A DNA stretch of 64,000 bases from Pseudobacteriovorax sp. GTDB taxonomy: Bacteria; Bdellovibrionota_B; Oligoflexia; Oligoflexales; Oligoflexaceae. The notes below the pieces were generated by a model, which did not search any database, was not told the origin of the DNA, and saw only the letters and a program-made list of their open reading frames with translations. A program made the position numbers and the translations under genes. The stretch covers positions 18,578 through 82,577 of the forward strand of contig JBNKNM010000004.1 in the NCBI GenBank assembly GCA_050293845.1, written 5' to 3'. Each line of letters begins with the position of its first letter. The first letter of the stretch is position 1. Below are positions 1 through 9,460 of the stretch, piece by piece.

Positions 1-1
1 C

Positions 2-409
2 GGTGAAAACATTTTTGTCGAAAGACTTGTAACGACCTACACAAAAAACCCTTTAGGTGCAAAAGATGTTTCCTATCGTGACGTGGCTACTAAACAAACT
101 CTATCTTTTATTCGTTGGGATTTTATTAACTATTTTAACACTAAATATTCTCGATTTAAGCTTGCACAAGATGGAACCTACATCGCTCCTGATCAACCAA
201 TTTTAACGCCGAAAACTGCTAAAGCAGAAGCTATTGCCCGTTTTAAAAAATGGCAAAACGCAGGACTTGTAGAAGGGCTGGATCAATTTAAAGCCGAGCT
301 AGTCGTAGAGATAAGTCCTTCAGATCCAAATCGTCTATCATTTCTATTGCCCCCTGACATCATTAATCAATTGCGGGTTATTGGTGCGCAGATAGCATTT
401 CTTATATAA
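2..409 (+). CDS. Mu gpL-like contractile tail sheath protein, C-terminal part (5' truncated by window)
   Basis: Frame is open from position 2: IFVERLVTTYTKNPLGAKDVSYRDV...KLAQDG...DPNRLSFLLPPDIINQLRV, typical of the Mu-type sheath C-terminus. Followed by tail tube. Confidence 0.9.
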   Translation, partial: GENIFVERLVTTYTKNPLGAKDVSYRDVATKQTLSFIRWDFINYFNTKYSRFKLAQDGTYIAPDQPILTPKTAKAEAIARFKKWQNAGLVEGLDQFKAELVVEISPSDPNRLSFLLPPDIINQLRVIGAQIAFLI

Positions 410-421
410 GGAGTCTATCAT

Positions 422-784
422 TTGATTGTTTCAGGCTTATTTAACTTACTTATAAATGGCCGCCTATACGTTGCTAAAGGCAACTTCACCTATAACCACG
501 GTGGCATTAAAAATGAAGCTCAAGTTGCAAGTAACGGTGATATTGTAGGATTTAAGACCTCTCGCGTCATTCCCTTTATCGAGGGTGAACTGATAGACAC
601 CCAGGATCTTGATGTAAAAGCGTTGCAATCAATACAAGACGGTGAAATCACACTCGAACTGGCAAACGGAAAGGTTTTCGTGCTTTCAGGTGCCCACTGG
701 GCTGGTGAAGGCAATTTTCAGACTGAAGAAGCTAACGCTGGTATTCGATTTGAAGGAACCAGCGCGGAAGAGTTTATACTTTAA
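422..784 (+). CDS. Mu gpM-like tail tube protein
   Basis: 120 aa, after sheath; motifs ITLELANGKVFVLSGAHW and IRFEG; RBS AAGGAG. Confidence 0.85.
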   Translation: MIVSGLFNLLINGRLYVAKGNFTYNHGGIKNEAQVASNGDIVGFKTSRVIPFIEGELIDTQDLDVKALQSIQDGEITLELANGKVFVLSGAHWAGEGNFQTEEANAGIRFEGTSAEEFIL

Positions 785-800
785 TGTGGAGATCTTAATC

Positions 801-1055
801 TTGGAAGAAATCGTTCATACCATTCATCTATATAGCCCAGTCTTATTTGGATCAAAGACCATTGAAGAACTAGAATTTAGGGAAGTAAACGCCTTTGATA
901 TGCGAGCCATAAAGCCCAATATGTCTGTGGGTGATATTTTAGATATTGCTCATGTAGTTTGCGGCCAACCTAAGAAAGTTATCAACTCATTGAAAGCAGA
1001 AGACGTACAACAGGTCATTGATTACATGGGAAAAGCCTTAGCAGGTGGCGTTTAA
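801..1055 (+). CDS. Tail assembly chaperone (Mu gp41 / P2 gpE-like), short form
   Basis: Lies between tube and tape measure; IEELEFREVNAFDM...INSLKAED. TTG start at 801 chosen from GGAG at 788-791; the ORF track start at 642 overlaps the tube gene. Confidence 0.8.
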   Translation: MEEIVHTIHLYSPVLFGSKTIEELEFREVNAFDMRAIKPNMSVGDILDIAHVVCGQPKKVINSLKAEDVQQVIDYMGKALAGGV

Positions 1056-1204
1056 ACTACAATGAGGCATTTATCTACCTTACCAGATATTGTCACCTGC
1101 AACCCTCAGAGCTATGGCAAATGACTGAATCCGAACTTGAGTTTTGGCTAGAAATAGCAAAAAAATCTCACAAGGTGTTTGATGGCGGAGCAAAAAGAAC
1201 TTAA
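1028..1204 (+). CDS. -1 frameshift extension of the tail chaperone (P2 gpE'-like)
   Basis: In-frame slippery G GGA AAA at 1028-1034. The -1 frame reads ...YLTRYCHLQPSELWQMTESELEFWLEIA... to TAA at 1202-1204. Confidence 0.75.
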   Translation, partial: GKSLSRWRLNYNEAFIYLTRYCHLQPSELWQMTESELEFWLEIAKKSHKVFDGGAKRT

Positions 1205-3695
1205 ATTAGCCGTCCGCGTAGTCGGGCGGGTAACCGAAAAGCTGGAAGATATCAATAGGAAGCTTGAAAAGCTTACCCGGCCCATAGCTCGCATCAATGA
1301 TAATTTTCGTATGGCTGAAAATAGTGTGCGAAGATACACCAATACTCTAGATAAACTTTCCAAAAAATTCAGAAATATCGGAATGGCGGCTACTCTTGGC
1401 CTTACCCTTCCCATAGCTGCTTTTGGTGCCACCACTATCAAAACCGCCGCTGACTTTGAACATGCCATGACCAAAGTCAAAACTCTGACCCAGGGTGATA
1501 TGTTTCAGCAGCTTAAATCCCAGGCCCGTGAATTTGGTGCATCTACAAGACATTCTGCCACTGAGGCCGCCCAAGCTATGGTCTTCTATTCTATGGCTGG
1601 ATTTAAGGCCCTTGAAACATTTAAGACAATGCCGTCAACCCTGGCCTTGGCGACAGCAGCAACCGAGGATCTATCGACTACTGCGGATATACTGTCGGGC
1701 GTGGTTAGGGGGTACCAAATACCTCTTGATGATATTCCTAAAACGACTGACTTGCTAACCGCTGGATTTGCCAACGCAAAAATGGATCTTAGAACCCTGG
1801 GGGAAGCTCTACAAAAATCTGGTGGTACGTTTAACAAGCTGGGAGTACCCCTTTCCGAGCTTTTAGCACTCATTGGAAAGCTAAGAGATGTCAATATCGA
1901 TCCTTCATCAATTGGTACCGCTCTTACCAGTGCTGCATCTAGGCTAGTTTCCCCTGTAAAGCTGGTAAAGGATAGAATTCAGGAATTATTGAATATTGAC
2001 GCATCAAAGTTGACTACTGAACAAGGAAAGCTCGGATCATTTGTCGATCTACTAGAGAGGCTTGAGAAGGCTGGTGCAACACCAGCAGATTTCTATGATA
2101 TATTTGGTAAGGAGTCTGGAAAATACCTTATTCAGTACCTACAAGTTAGTAACGGTATCCGTAGGCTTCAGCATACTATCGAAAATTCCACCGGGATTAC
2201 AAAACGCTTTGCGACTGAATTTGAAAAAGGTGCCACTGGTGCCATGTATTCTTTCAAAAGTGCAGTAGAAGCCGTAGAAATCAGCCTTGGCGAAAGCGGA
2301 CTACTCGATTATTTTACCAAATCAACCTTTGCCTTCGCATCATATATCCAAAAACTCTCTAGAGTTAATCCAGCGTTGTTAAACCTTGCTACCATAATGG
2401 CTGTAACTATCGGTATTATTGGCCCGATGTTTCTAACTCTGGCGACGATGGTTAGCACACTTGCAGTCAGTATTGTTGCTTTAAAGTTCGCCTCTGTTAT
2501 AGCGGCAGCTTTCGGAACAACCCTAGGGGCTGTACTAGGGGGAATTGCCCTAAAATTTAGCCTTATTATTGGTGTTATTGGCTTAGTGGTATATGCCGGA
2601 TGGTTCTTTTATAAAAATTGGTCTGCTATTTATGATTTTGCAGGAAAAGTAGTTTCAGGATGGGTCGATCTCGTATCCGGCTATATGTCTTTTGTCTGGG
2701 GGTTAATCAAAGACTATATTGTCGGATGGTTCAAAACATTCCTCTGGTTTGCAGATTTTCTAGAAAAGCTATGGGATAACCCTAAGCAAGCATTTATCGA
2801 CGCATTTGAGGATATCAAAAATAAATTGTCTGAGATTATTGATAACTTTACCACTAAATTTATGCGTATGGTCGATAAAGTTATGCCTTATGTAAAGCGA
2901 ATTATGAACTTTTTGATCGATCCAAAAGGTAACTATAAAGAGTTTTATGTCGCTGAGGATCAATCTGACTACCCTTCGATTCAAAACGAGGAAGTTGTTA
3001 GAAAGCTAAGATATGATATGGGGCCTATTCAAGATATTCCAGATTTGAATTATGAAGCAACTATCACATTCAAGCCAGAACCACAAAAATCGCAATCAAT
3101 TGATTTAGTTCCCGACTTTATTGAAGATATAGGATCTACAATATATGATGCCTTCACCAAGTCTACCTTTGATATCACAGATGATATTAATATCGACATA
3201 GACGAAAATAAGCTTGGTAAAGCCATGAAAGTAGATGCCAAGATTGATGCAAAACAAATTGCTCCAGTAATTCCGTTAAAATCATTTGGTCCTGGGGATT
3301 TTTTCAAAAACAGCCAGATATTTGATGACAGATCTATCAATGGAGAAAAACAGTGGAATCCAGTGGTACCTGAGACCAAGGTAATACCATTTCCATCTGA
3401 AAAAATAGCCAAGCCTTTGGAGAAAGTAAACCAAGTCATTACTCCTAATGCTAAAATGAAAGATACAATCGATACTCTAAAACAAACCTCCGAGCATAAG
3501 TTTGAAGAGGGTCGAGTTGAAAGAATTATGAATTCTTCGACTACCCGCGAGGAAAGGATCGAACGATCTGAAAAGGAAGTACGGATAATCATTGATTTTG
3601 AAAATGTTCCCAAGGGCGTTGAGGTTCGAACAGAGAATAAAAGCAAGATCCCACTATCAGTAAATATGGGATTTGCAATGGATGGTAACAGGTGA
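1182..3695 (+). CDS. Tail tape measure protein (TP901 family)
   Basis: Long Ala/Gly-rich helical protein; AADFEHAMTKVK...GASTRHSATEAAQAM core; expected position. Confidence 0.92.
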   Translation: MAEQKELKLAVRVVGRVTEKLEDINRKLEKLTRPIARINDNFRMAENSVRRYTNTLDKLSKKFRNIGMAATLGLTLPIAAFGATTIKTAADFEHAMTKVKTLTQGDMFQQLKSQAREFGASTRHSATEAAQAMVFYSMAGFKALETFKTMPSTLALATAATEDLSTTADILSGVVRGYQIPLDDIPKTTDLLTAGFANAKMDLRTLGEALQKSGGTFNKLGVPLSELLALIGKLRDVNIDPSSIGTALTSAASRLVSPVKLVKDRIQELLNIDASKLTTEQGKLGSFVDLLERLEKAGATPADFYDIFGKESGKYLIQYLQVSNGIRRLQHTIENSTGITKRFATEFEKGATGAMYSFKSAVEAVEISLGESGLLDYFTKSTFAFASYIQKLSRVNPALLNLATIMAVTIGIIGPMFLTLATMVSTLAVSIVALKFASVIAAAFGTTLGAVLGGIALKFSLIIGVIGLVVYAGWFFYKNWSAIYDFAGKVVSGWVDLVSGYMSFVWGLIKDYIVGWFKTFLWFADFLEKLWDNPKQAFIDAFEDIKNKLSEIIDNFTTKFMRMVDKVMPYVKRIMNFLIDPKGNYKEFYVAEDQSDYPSIQNEEVVRKLRYDMGPIQDIPDLNYEATITFKPEPQKSQSIDLVPDFIEDIGSTIYDAFTKSTFDITDDINIDIDENKLGKAMKVDAKIDAKQIAPVIPLKSFGPGDFFKNSQIFDDRSINGEKQWNPVVPETKVIPFPSEKIAKPLEKVNQVITPNAKMKDTIDTLKQTSEHKFEEGRVERIMNSSTTREERIERSEKEVRIIIDFENVPKGVEVRTENKSKIPLSVNMGFAMDGNR

Positions 3696-4903
3696 TGTGG
3701 AAGACCCGTTATGCTGAGGCCTCATTTCGCAGTATTAAGTTTTTCGTACGTAGATCTCCATCAGAATACGGTAGAAATAAAATCGTCCACGAAATCGCCT
3801 TTTCAGAAAAACCTATCGTAGAAGATACTGGAAAGCTCACTCAAAGATTTCCAATTGACGGCTTTTTAATCGGTGATGATTATGATTTGACAAGGGATCA
3901 AATAATTAAAGCCGTAGAAAAAACTGGTCCTGGGCAGCTTATCCATCCTTATCATGGTATTAAGACAGTCGAATGTCTAAACTGTAAAATTGATGAATCT
4001 TTTTTAGAAGGAAATTTTGCAAGGATTAGCTTTGAATTTATCGAGGCTGGAAGTTTAGATGGCATTTTAGGATTTGTCGATGAAGCCCTTAAACTCATCG
4101 ATGATGCTAACGACTTTATCGATAATTTAATCCTTGAATTTAATGAAGTTTTTTCTGTACTTTCCGCACCGGCATTTGTCGTGCAATCTGCTGCTGGATT
4201 GGTTGATAAAGTGGGAGATTTTATCTTATCAAAAAATGGTCTAGGTGCTGTGCAAGCTTCAGTGTCAGACTTATCTAATGCCATAACCGAGCTAAAAATT
4301 GAATCCCAGTCTCTTGTAAGGTCTCCAAGAATTCTTGCTGAACGAACCATCGCAGCCTTCGAAGCACTTGGCGATAGCTTTTCAGCTAGGGAAGATGGTA
4401 TCAATGCGGTTACTAGCATATCTGATCTAAGATTCAGTTTTACACCATCACTTTATAATACGACAAATAGAAGACGTGAACGCAATAACAGAATTGCCTT
4501 TGAGAATTTCTCTAGGTCGGTATCTTTAGGGGTATCAGCAAAGATACTTTCAAGCTTTTTAAGGTCTCAATCTTCAGGGGCAAATAGGCTTAGTAGCGGT
4601 GAAGTGATCGCGCTTAGAAATTCGATAGTTACTGCAATAGAGGGGATACTATTTTCGAGCAATCTTTCGCTAGACACCTATCGATCACTGCTCGCGCTAA
4701 AGACAAAGCTATTAGAATCTATCCCTGGAGCAATCGAGCTACCAGAAACTAGACGTTTTATCCTAGATAAAAGCATGTCAATCTATCAACTTTCTTACAG
4801 GCTCTACGGATCTATAAGGGAAGTAGACGAGATTATGGAGCGCAATCCCCAAATATCCCCCTCCCTAATTCCTCAAGGTACAGAGGTCGAGTATGCTATC
4901 TAA
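3692..4903 (+). CDS. Mu gp43-like DNA circularization/tail protein
   Basis: N-term ASFRSIKFFV...VEDTG...GPGQLIHPYHG; C-term LSYRLYG...IMERNP. Confidence 0.88.
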   Translation: MMWKTRYAEASFRSIKFFVRRSPSEYGRNKIVHEIAFSEKPIVEDTGKLTQRFPIDGFLIGDDYDLTRDQIIKAVEKTGPGQLIHPYHGIKTVECLNCKIDESFLEGNFARISFEFIEAGSLDGILGFVDEALKLIDDANDFIDNLILEFNEVFSVLSAPAFVVQSAAGLVDKVGDFILSKNGLGAVQASVSDLSNAITELKIESQSLVRSPRILAERTIAAFEALGDSFSAREDGINAVTSISDLRFSFTPSLYNTTNRRRERNNRIAFENFSRSVSLGVSAKILSSFLRSQSSGANRLSSGEVIALRNSIVTAIEGILFSSNLSLDTYRSLLALKTKLLESIPGAIELPETRRFILDKSMSIYQLSYRLYGSIREVDEIMERNPQISPSLIPQGTEVEYAI

Positions 4904-5930
4904 AAAAAAAATAGAGCTCCAAATCGGTTCTGTAATATATCCATATTGGAAAACCGTTAGTATTTCTAAAAGAATAGATGCAGTTGCAAGCTCGTTTGAC
5001 TTAACAGTCTTCGGCCTTTATGCATCAGATTTTGATAAAATTCCTATAAAAGTTGGCAACAAAGCTGGAGTCAAACTAGAAGGAATTCAGGTTGTTTCCG
5101 GCTATATCGATAAGAAGACAGCTTCCTTTTCCAAGTCAGATCACAGCATAGCAATATCAGGCCGTGATAATACGGGGGATTTGGTTGACTGCTCGATAAT
5201 CGAAGGCCCTACCCAATTTCAGAACCAAACCCTAACCCAGATTGCACAACGGCTATGTAATCCTTTTGGAATTCCTGTCATCTCATCTGCAGGCGATATC
5301 ATAAAGAGCTTTAAAATTGATCCAGGGGAATCCATTTTTGAAGCACTGGAGCGATATGCTAGGATATATGGCTATCTATTGCGCCCCGACGGTCTTGGCA
5401 ACCTTACTATTCCAGGAATTGGCAGCACCTATGCAAATTCAGCACTTATCCAGGGCAAAAATATTATCTCGGCTTCAGTCGAATATGATCATTCGGATAG
5501 GTTTAACGAATACAAAGTTTTCGGTCAAAATCAGCTTCCAGATGAGGAGGAAGAAGGAAGCGAAGAAGTAACAGGGTCAGCCAAAGATAATGGCGTTTTA
5601 AGATATAGACCCAAGGCCATTATTTCAAACAATTCTATCAACGACAATCAAGCAAAAGCCTTGGCAGAATGGGAAGCAACGGTTAGAGCAGCAAGGGCGA
5701 TCTCGGTCACAATTGAGGTTCAAGATTGGAAGCAGGGAGAAAATAGGCTTTGGGATGTCAATGAACTTGTTCGAGTAGAATCTCCATCCCTTGGAGTATC
5801 GGCCTATATGCTCTCTACTGGCGTTGATTTTACCTACAGTAAAGAGGAAGGGAAGAAAACCAGTATCGAGCTAACACGCCTTGATGCATTTAAACCATCC
5901 CCTGTTATCGATGAGGTAGAGTTTGCTTAA
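4893..5930 (+). CDS. Mu gp44-like baseplate hub
   Basis: ISGRDNTGDLVDCS, GESIFEALER, DRFNEYKVFGQ, RYRPK motifs. Confidence 0.9.
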   Translation: MLSKKKIELQIGSVIYPYWKTVSISKRIDAVASSFDLTVFGLYASDFDKIPIKVGNKAGVKLEGIQVVSGYIDKKTASFSKSDHSIAISGRDNTGDLVDCSIIEGPTQFQNQTLTQIAQRLCNPFGIPVISSAGDIIKSFKIDPGESIFEALERYARIYGYLLRPDGLGNLTIPGIGSTYANSALIQGKNIISASVEYDHSDRFNEYKVFGQNQLPDEEEEGSEEVTGSAKDNGVLRYRPKAIISNNSINDNQAKALAEWEATVRAARAISVTIEVQDWKQGENRLWDVNELVRVESPSLGVSAYMLSTGVDFTYSKEEGKKTSIELTRLDAFKPSPVIDEVEFA

Positions 5931-6540
5931 AGAGATTGAAAAATTACTTTCTCCTATCAGACGTAGGCTGTTAATGATTTTGGGAAAATCTCTAATAACT
6001 GCCATTAATGATGACAGAGGATTTCAGCAGCTTCAGCTCTCCATTTTAAAAGATGAGTTAATCGACAAAATTGATCGCTATCAAAACTATGGCTTCACCT
6101 CCCACCCTAAACCAGGATCTCAAGCTATTGGGCTCTTTAATGGCGGTCGGCGCAACAACGGTATAGTGATCTGTGTTGACGATAGGAGGTACCGGCTTAA
6201 AGGGCTTAAAGAGGGCGAAGTTGCCATCTATACGGATGAGGGTGACTCGATAATATTAAAGCGAGAAAATACAATCGAAGTCAAAACTAAGAATTTCAAA
6301 GTAAATACAGAAACTAGCGAAATTAATTCGAGTAAATCCATTCTTTTTAAGACTGAAGAGACCACGATTGAAACCAAAAAATTTAAGGTAACAGACGGAA
6401 CAAATGACATTACAGCATTGATCATAGATTGGATGAGTGAAGTCATTTCTGCAACCACAAATACCATGCTCGGACCAATGAAACTTATTGGTATGGGATT
6501 TCCGACCCTAAAGAAAAAACTGGAGAAATTTAAAAAATGA
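5923..6540 (+). CDS. Mu gp45-like baseplate spike
   Basis: QNYGFTSHP...DDRRYRLKGLKEGEVAIYTDEG signature. Confidence 0.9.
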   Translation: MLKEIEKLLSPIRRRLLMILGKSLITAINDDRGFQQLQLSILKDELIDKIDRYQNYGFTSHPKPGSQAIGLFNGGRRNNGIVICVDDRRYRLKGLKEGEVAIYTDEGDSIILKRENTIEVKTKNFKVNTETSEINSSKSILFKTEETTIETKKFKVTDGTNDITALIIDWMSEVISATTNTMLGPMKLIGMGFPTLKKKLEKFKK

Positions 6541-6752
6541 TGGATGGCAGCAAACTTGGCAAAGATTTGAAGTCTGCAATCGATGGTATTGCCGATAAAA
6601 ATAATCATGGTTTATTGTGGGACGCTGTTGGGAAAGCCATCGTTTCCCATATCCAGAAAAATGCTGTTGTACTGAAAGGAATTTCGGTTGAGACAGCAGG
6701 ATCAGCAACAGCGCAAAAGGGAGCAACTACACAGGATGGAAAGATTCAATAA
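6537..6752 (+). CDS. Small baseplate-region hypothetical protein
   Basis: 71 aa; ATGA overlap with the gp45 stop indicates translational coupling. Confidence 0.6.
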   Translation: MMDGSKLGKDLKSAIDGIADKNNHGLLWDAVGKAIVSHIQKNAVVLKGISVETAGSATAQKGATTQDGKIQ

Positions 6753-7572
6753 ACTTGTCGGAATTGATCTTTGTAGTGGTATCGGTGGTATAACCCTTGG
6801 TCTAAGCGAATATGTAAATCCCGTAGCTTACTGTGAGATTGACGACTATGCTAGTAAAGTGTTGAAAGCTCGAATCGCAGACGGCTTTCTACCAGATGCA
6901 CCTATCCATGAAGATGTAAAAAAGTTTCCCTATAAGTCATACAAGAATAAGGTAGACATCATATATGCAGGATTCCCATGCCAAGACATCAGCGTTGCAG
7001 GAAAAAGAGATGGTTTGGAAGGAAAGCGAAGCTCGCTTTTTTTCAAAATTATCACCTTGGCCAAGAAAATCGAGTCCACTTTTGTATTCCTGGAGAACGT
7101 TCCTGGTATTCGCACAAAAGGACTTGAAGAAGTCACAAGGACTATTACCAGCGCAGGGTATGATCTCCGGTGGCTTGTTTTACCCGCTTCGGCGTTGGGT
7201 GCCCCGCACGTTAGGGAACGCTGGTTCCTACTTGCCTACTCCTCTAGCTTCTCAGAGCGGCGGGTTTTCAAATCGGAGAGGAGGAAGAAAGCCAACTCTG
7301 GATGTAATGGCAGCGCGAAACCTATGGCCAACCCCGTTGGCATCAGACAGCAGAAAACCAAGCAAGGCGGATTACCAGAGAAAAAGCCCATGCTTGAGGG
7401 CAAGAGTTGGTGGGCCGTTGAACCCGATGTTTGTCGAGTGGTTAATGGGTTACCAAATCGGGTGGACAGACTTAAAGCCCTTGGAAATAGCGTAGTCCCG
7501 GTTCAAGTAAAAGTAGCTTTCGAGCAACTCCTAGGAATTCATGATGAAAGATATTTCGATACTGGAAAATGA
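6736..7572 (+). CDS. DNA (cytosine-5) methyltransferase, alpha chain (motifs I-VIII and X)
   Basis: DLCSGIGG (I), AGFPCQDIS (IV), LENVPG (VI), PHVRERW (VIII), LKALGNSVVP (X). No motif IX in this frame. Confidence 0.9.
   Translation: MERFNKLVGIDLCSGIGGITLGLSEYVNPVAYCEIDDYASKVLKARIADGFLPDAPIHEDVKKFPYKSYKNKVDIIYAGFPCQDISVAGKRDGLEGKRSSLFFKIITLAKKIESTFVFLENVPGIRTKGLEEVTRTITSAGYDLRWLVLPASALGAPHVRERWFLLAYSSSFSERRVFKSERRKKANSGCNGSAKPMANPVGIRQQKTKQGGLPEKKPMLEGKSWWAVEPDVCRVVNGLPNRVDRLKALGNSVVPVQVKVAFEQLLGIHDERYFDTGK
6965..7495 (+). CDS. Overlapping alternative-frame methyltransferase beta chain (motif IX), M.EcoHK31I-type
   Basis: 176-codon open frame nested in the MTase gene, with LPTPLAS twice and GGPLNPMFVEWLMGYQIGWT (motif IX-like). 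Exact start codon uncertain. Confidence 0.75.
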   Translation: MQDSHAKTSALQEKEMVWKESEARFFSKLSPWPRKSSPLLYSWRTFLVFAQKDLKKSQGLLPAQGMISGGLFYPLRRWVPRTLGNAGSYLPTPLASQSGGFSNRRGGRKPTLDVMAARNLWPTPLASDSRKPSKADYQRKSPCLRARVGGPLNPMFVEWLMGYQIGWTDLKPLEIA

Positions 7573-7903
7573 TTCCCTTGATGAAACCCTTACATCTGCC
7601 ATCCTGATTAGTCTTTTTACCGATAAGAGGGTTACTGAAGACGAGACAGATGAGGATGATAAGCGTGGCTACTGGGGTGATGAAAATCTAGGTTCTAAAC
7701 TCTGGCTTCTTGATCGAGAAAATATTTCGGAATCCACACGCACAAAAGCTAAGGAGTACACTGAGGAAGCTTTGCAGTGGCTAATAGAAGATAGTGAAAT
7801 TAAAGATCTTAAAATTGAAACATCGTATGTAAATTCCCATCTTATCATCAAGATCAACGCATTGGGATTAAGTATTGACTACACCGATCAAAAAATCCTT
7901 TGA
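7541..7903 (+). CDS. Mu gp46-like baseplate protein
   Basis: AILISLFTDKR...RGYWGD...LGSKLWLLDR...AKEYTEEALQWLIED signature. Confidence 0.9.
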   Translation: MMKDISILENDSLDETLTSAILISLFTDKRVTEDETDEDDKRGYWGDENLGSKLWLLDRENISESTRTKAKEYTEEALQWLIEDSEIKDLKIETSYVNSHLIIKINALGLSIDYTDQKIL

Positions 7904-8951
7904 GGAGGCTTATGCTGAGATCCACGAGGATCTTAAGCAGTCACTTGACATTACAAAACCGAAAAGATTCTCGGTTGCCAGTATTCTGGCAAGGGCTTTA
8001 GCTCCTCAAGTATCTTTAATCTACCTTTTTATCGATGCTCTTGCTCGTGCCATATTACCCGATGCAGCGGTAGGAGTCTTTCTTGAACGATGGTGTGCCA
8101 TCTATGGCATATTTAGAAAACCAGCGTCCAGAGCACAGGGAAAAGTAGTTTTCAGTGGTGTAGATGGATCGATTATTCCTATCGGCCAAAGACTTCAAGA
8201 TATTAGTGGATTAGAGTTTGAAACTCAAGAGTTGGTTCAGATAGTAGATGGTACCGCAATAGTTTCAGTGATCTCTGTCGGTCAAGGTCGAGACTTCAAT
8301 ATTCCGAGTAGTTCAGAGTTAACCCTCATTAGTCCTGTAGCTGGCGTCACTTCTCTTGCTATTGTAGATCAGAATGGATTCAGCGGCGGCTCTGATATCG
8401 AAAGTGATTCGAGTCTGCGCGAAAGACTTTTATTCCGTTTAAGAAATCCGCCACAAGGTGGAGCTGCACACGACTACATAAGCTGGGCATTAGAGATTCC
8501 TGGTATTACACGAGCATGGGTATATAAGCAATATCAAGGACCTGGTACTGTTGGAGTAACTTTTGTTCTTGATGCTGAATCAAATATTATACCTAGCGAA
8601 AACTCAAAGCCCTTTTTAGATCTTAAAGCAAATCTTGAGCAGAAAGCCCCTTTAACAGCGGATGTAATTCTTTTCCCGCCAATAGCTAAAGTCATTAACC
8701 CCAGAGTCAAGCTTATTCCAGATAATGACGCGGTTCGGAGAGAAGTAAAAGAAGAACTTTCGGACTTATTTTACAGGGAAGCTGAAGCCGGAGAAGCCTA
8801 TAAGGCAGATGGGACCATCCTTGTTTCGAAAATAAGGGAGGCAATTTCAACGGCTGAAGGTGAGCAAGACCATGTTCTTGAAAGTCCTACTTCAAATATT
8901 ACTGTTGGCAGAGGTGAAATAGCTATTTTAGGTGATATAACATGGCTATAA
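7875..8951 (+). CDS. Baseplate J-like protein (Mu gp47)
   Basis: GGSDIESDSSLRERLLFRLRNPPQGGAAHDYISWA...GPGTVGV signature. Confidence 0.92.
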   Translation: MTTPIKKSFEEAYAEIHEDLKQSLDITKPKRFSVASILARALAPQVSLIYLFIDALARAILPDAAVGVFLERWCAIYGIFRKPASRAQGKVVFSGVDGSIIPIGQRLQDISGLEFETQELVQIVDGTAIVSVISVGQGRDFNIPSSSELTLISPVAGVTSLAIVDQNGFSGGSDIESDSSLRERLLFRLRNPPQGGAAHDYISWALEIPGITRAWVYKQYQGPGTVGVTFVLDAESNIIPSENSKPFLDLKANLEQKAPLTADVILFPPIAKVINPRVKLIPDNDAVRREVKEELSDLFYREAEAGEAYKADGTILVSKIREAISTAEGEQDHVLESPTSNITVGRGEIAILGDITWL

Positions 8952-9460
8952 CTCACTCTGAAAAATACTTTAGTGCGCTAAAATCGAATCTTCCACCTGG
9001 AAAGATCTGGCAAATTACTTGGCTACTAGATCTACTAAAAGGATGCAGCAATCTTTTTCAGCGCATTGATGATTACTCGATAAAGATTTTTGTTACTGAA
9101 ATGGTTGATAATGTTGAAACCTATAAGGATCTTTGGGGCAAAATTCTTGATATACAAAATCCCAATGCTGCAAAAATAAGAGGTAAACTTGGAGCTACAG
9201 CCGGACAAAATATAGCAGACTATCAGCAGCTATTTGACCAAATATCTTCTAATCAAATTGCTATAGACTTCATCCCTCCAGCTCGATGTGGTATGAGTTG
9301 CGGTGGATATCTAGCAGGGATTCCTTGGAAATACACAATCATCCTTTCTGACATAAATCCCGACGAGCTAGAAACAATCAAGGAAACTGTAGAAAAAATT
9401 GAACACGCACACATAAACTTTCTATATTTTGGTGAGGAAAGATGGATACAGTTTGGCTGA
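8942..9460 (+). CDS. Mu gp48-like baseplate protein (DUF2313-like)
   Basis: Y..ALKSNLPPGKIW start, PARCG and EHAH motifs; follows gp47. Confidence 0.7.
   Translation: MAITHSEKYFSALKSNLPPGKIWQITWLLDLLKGCSNLFQRIDDYSIKIFVTEMVDNVETYKDLWGKILDIQNPNAAKIRGKLGATAGQNIADYQQLFDQISSNQIAIDFIPPARCGMSCGGYLAGIPWKYTIILSDINPDELETIKETVEKIEHAHINFLYFGEERWIQFG

Noticed and set aside
1051..1057. TTTAAAC as the chaperone slippery site
   Set aside because: It is out of phase (GTT TAA) and overlaps the stop. G GGA AAA at 1028 is in the correct frame.
3050..3646. 198-aa reverse-strand ORF, and similar ones at 3952-4419, 35530-35913 and 54208-54786
   Set aside because: Antisense shadows of well-supported genes, with no motifs or RBS.
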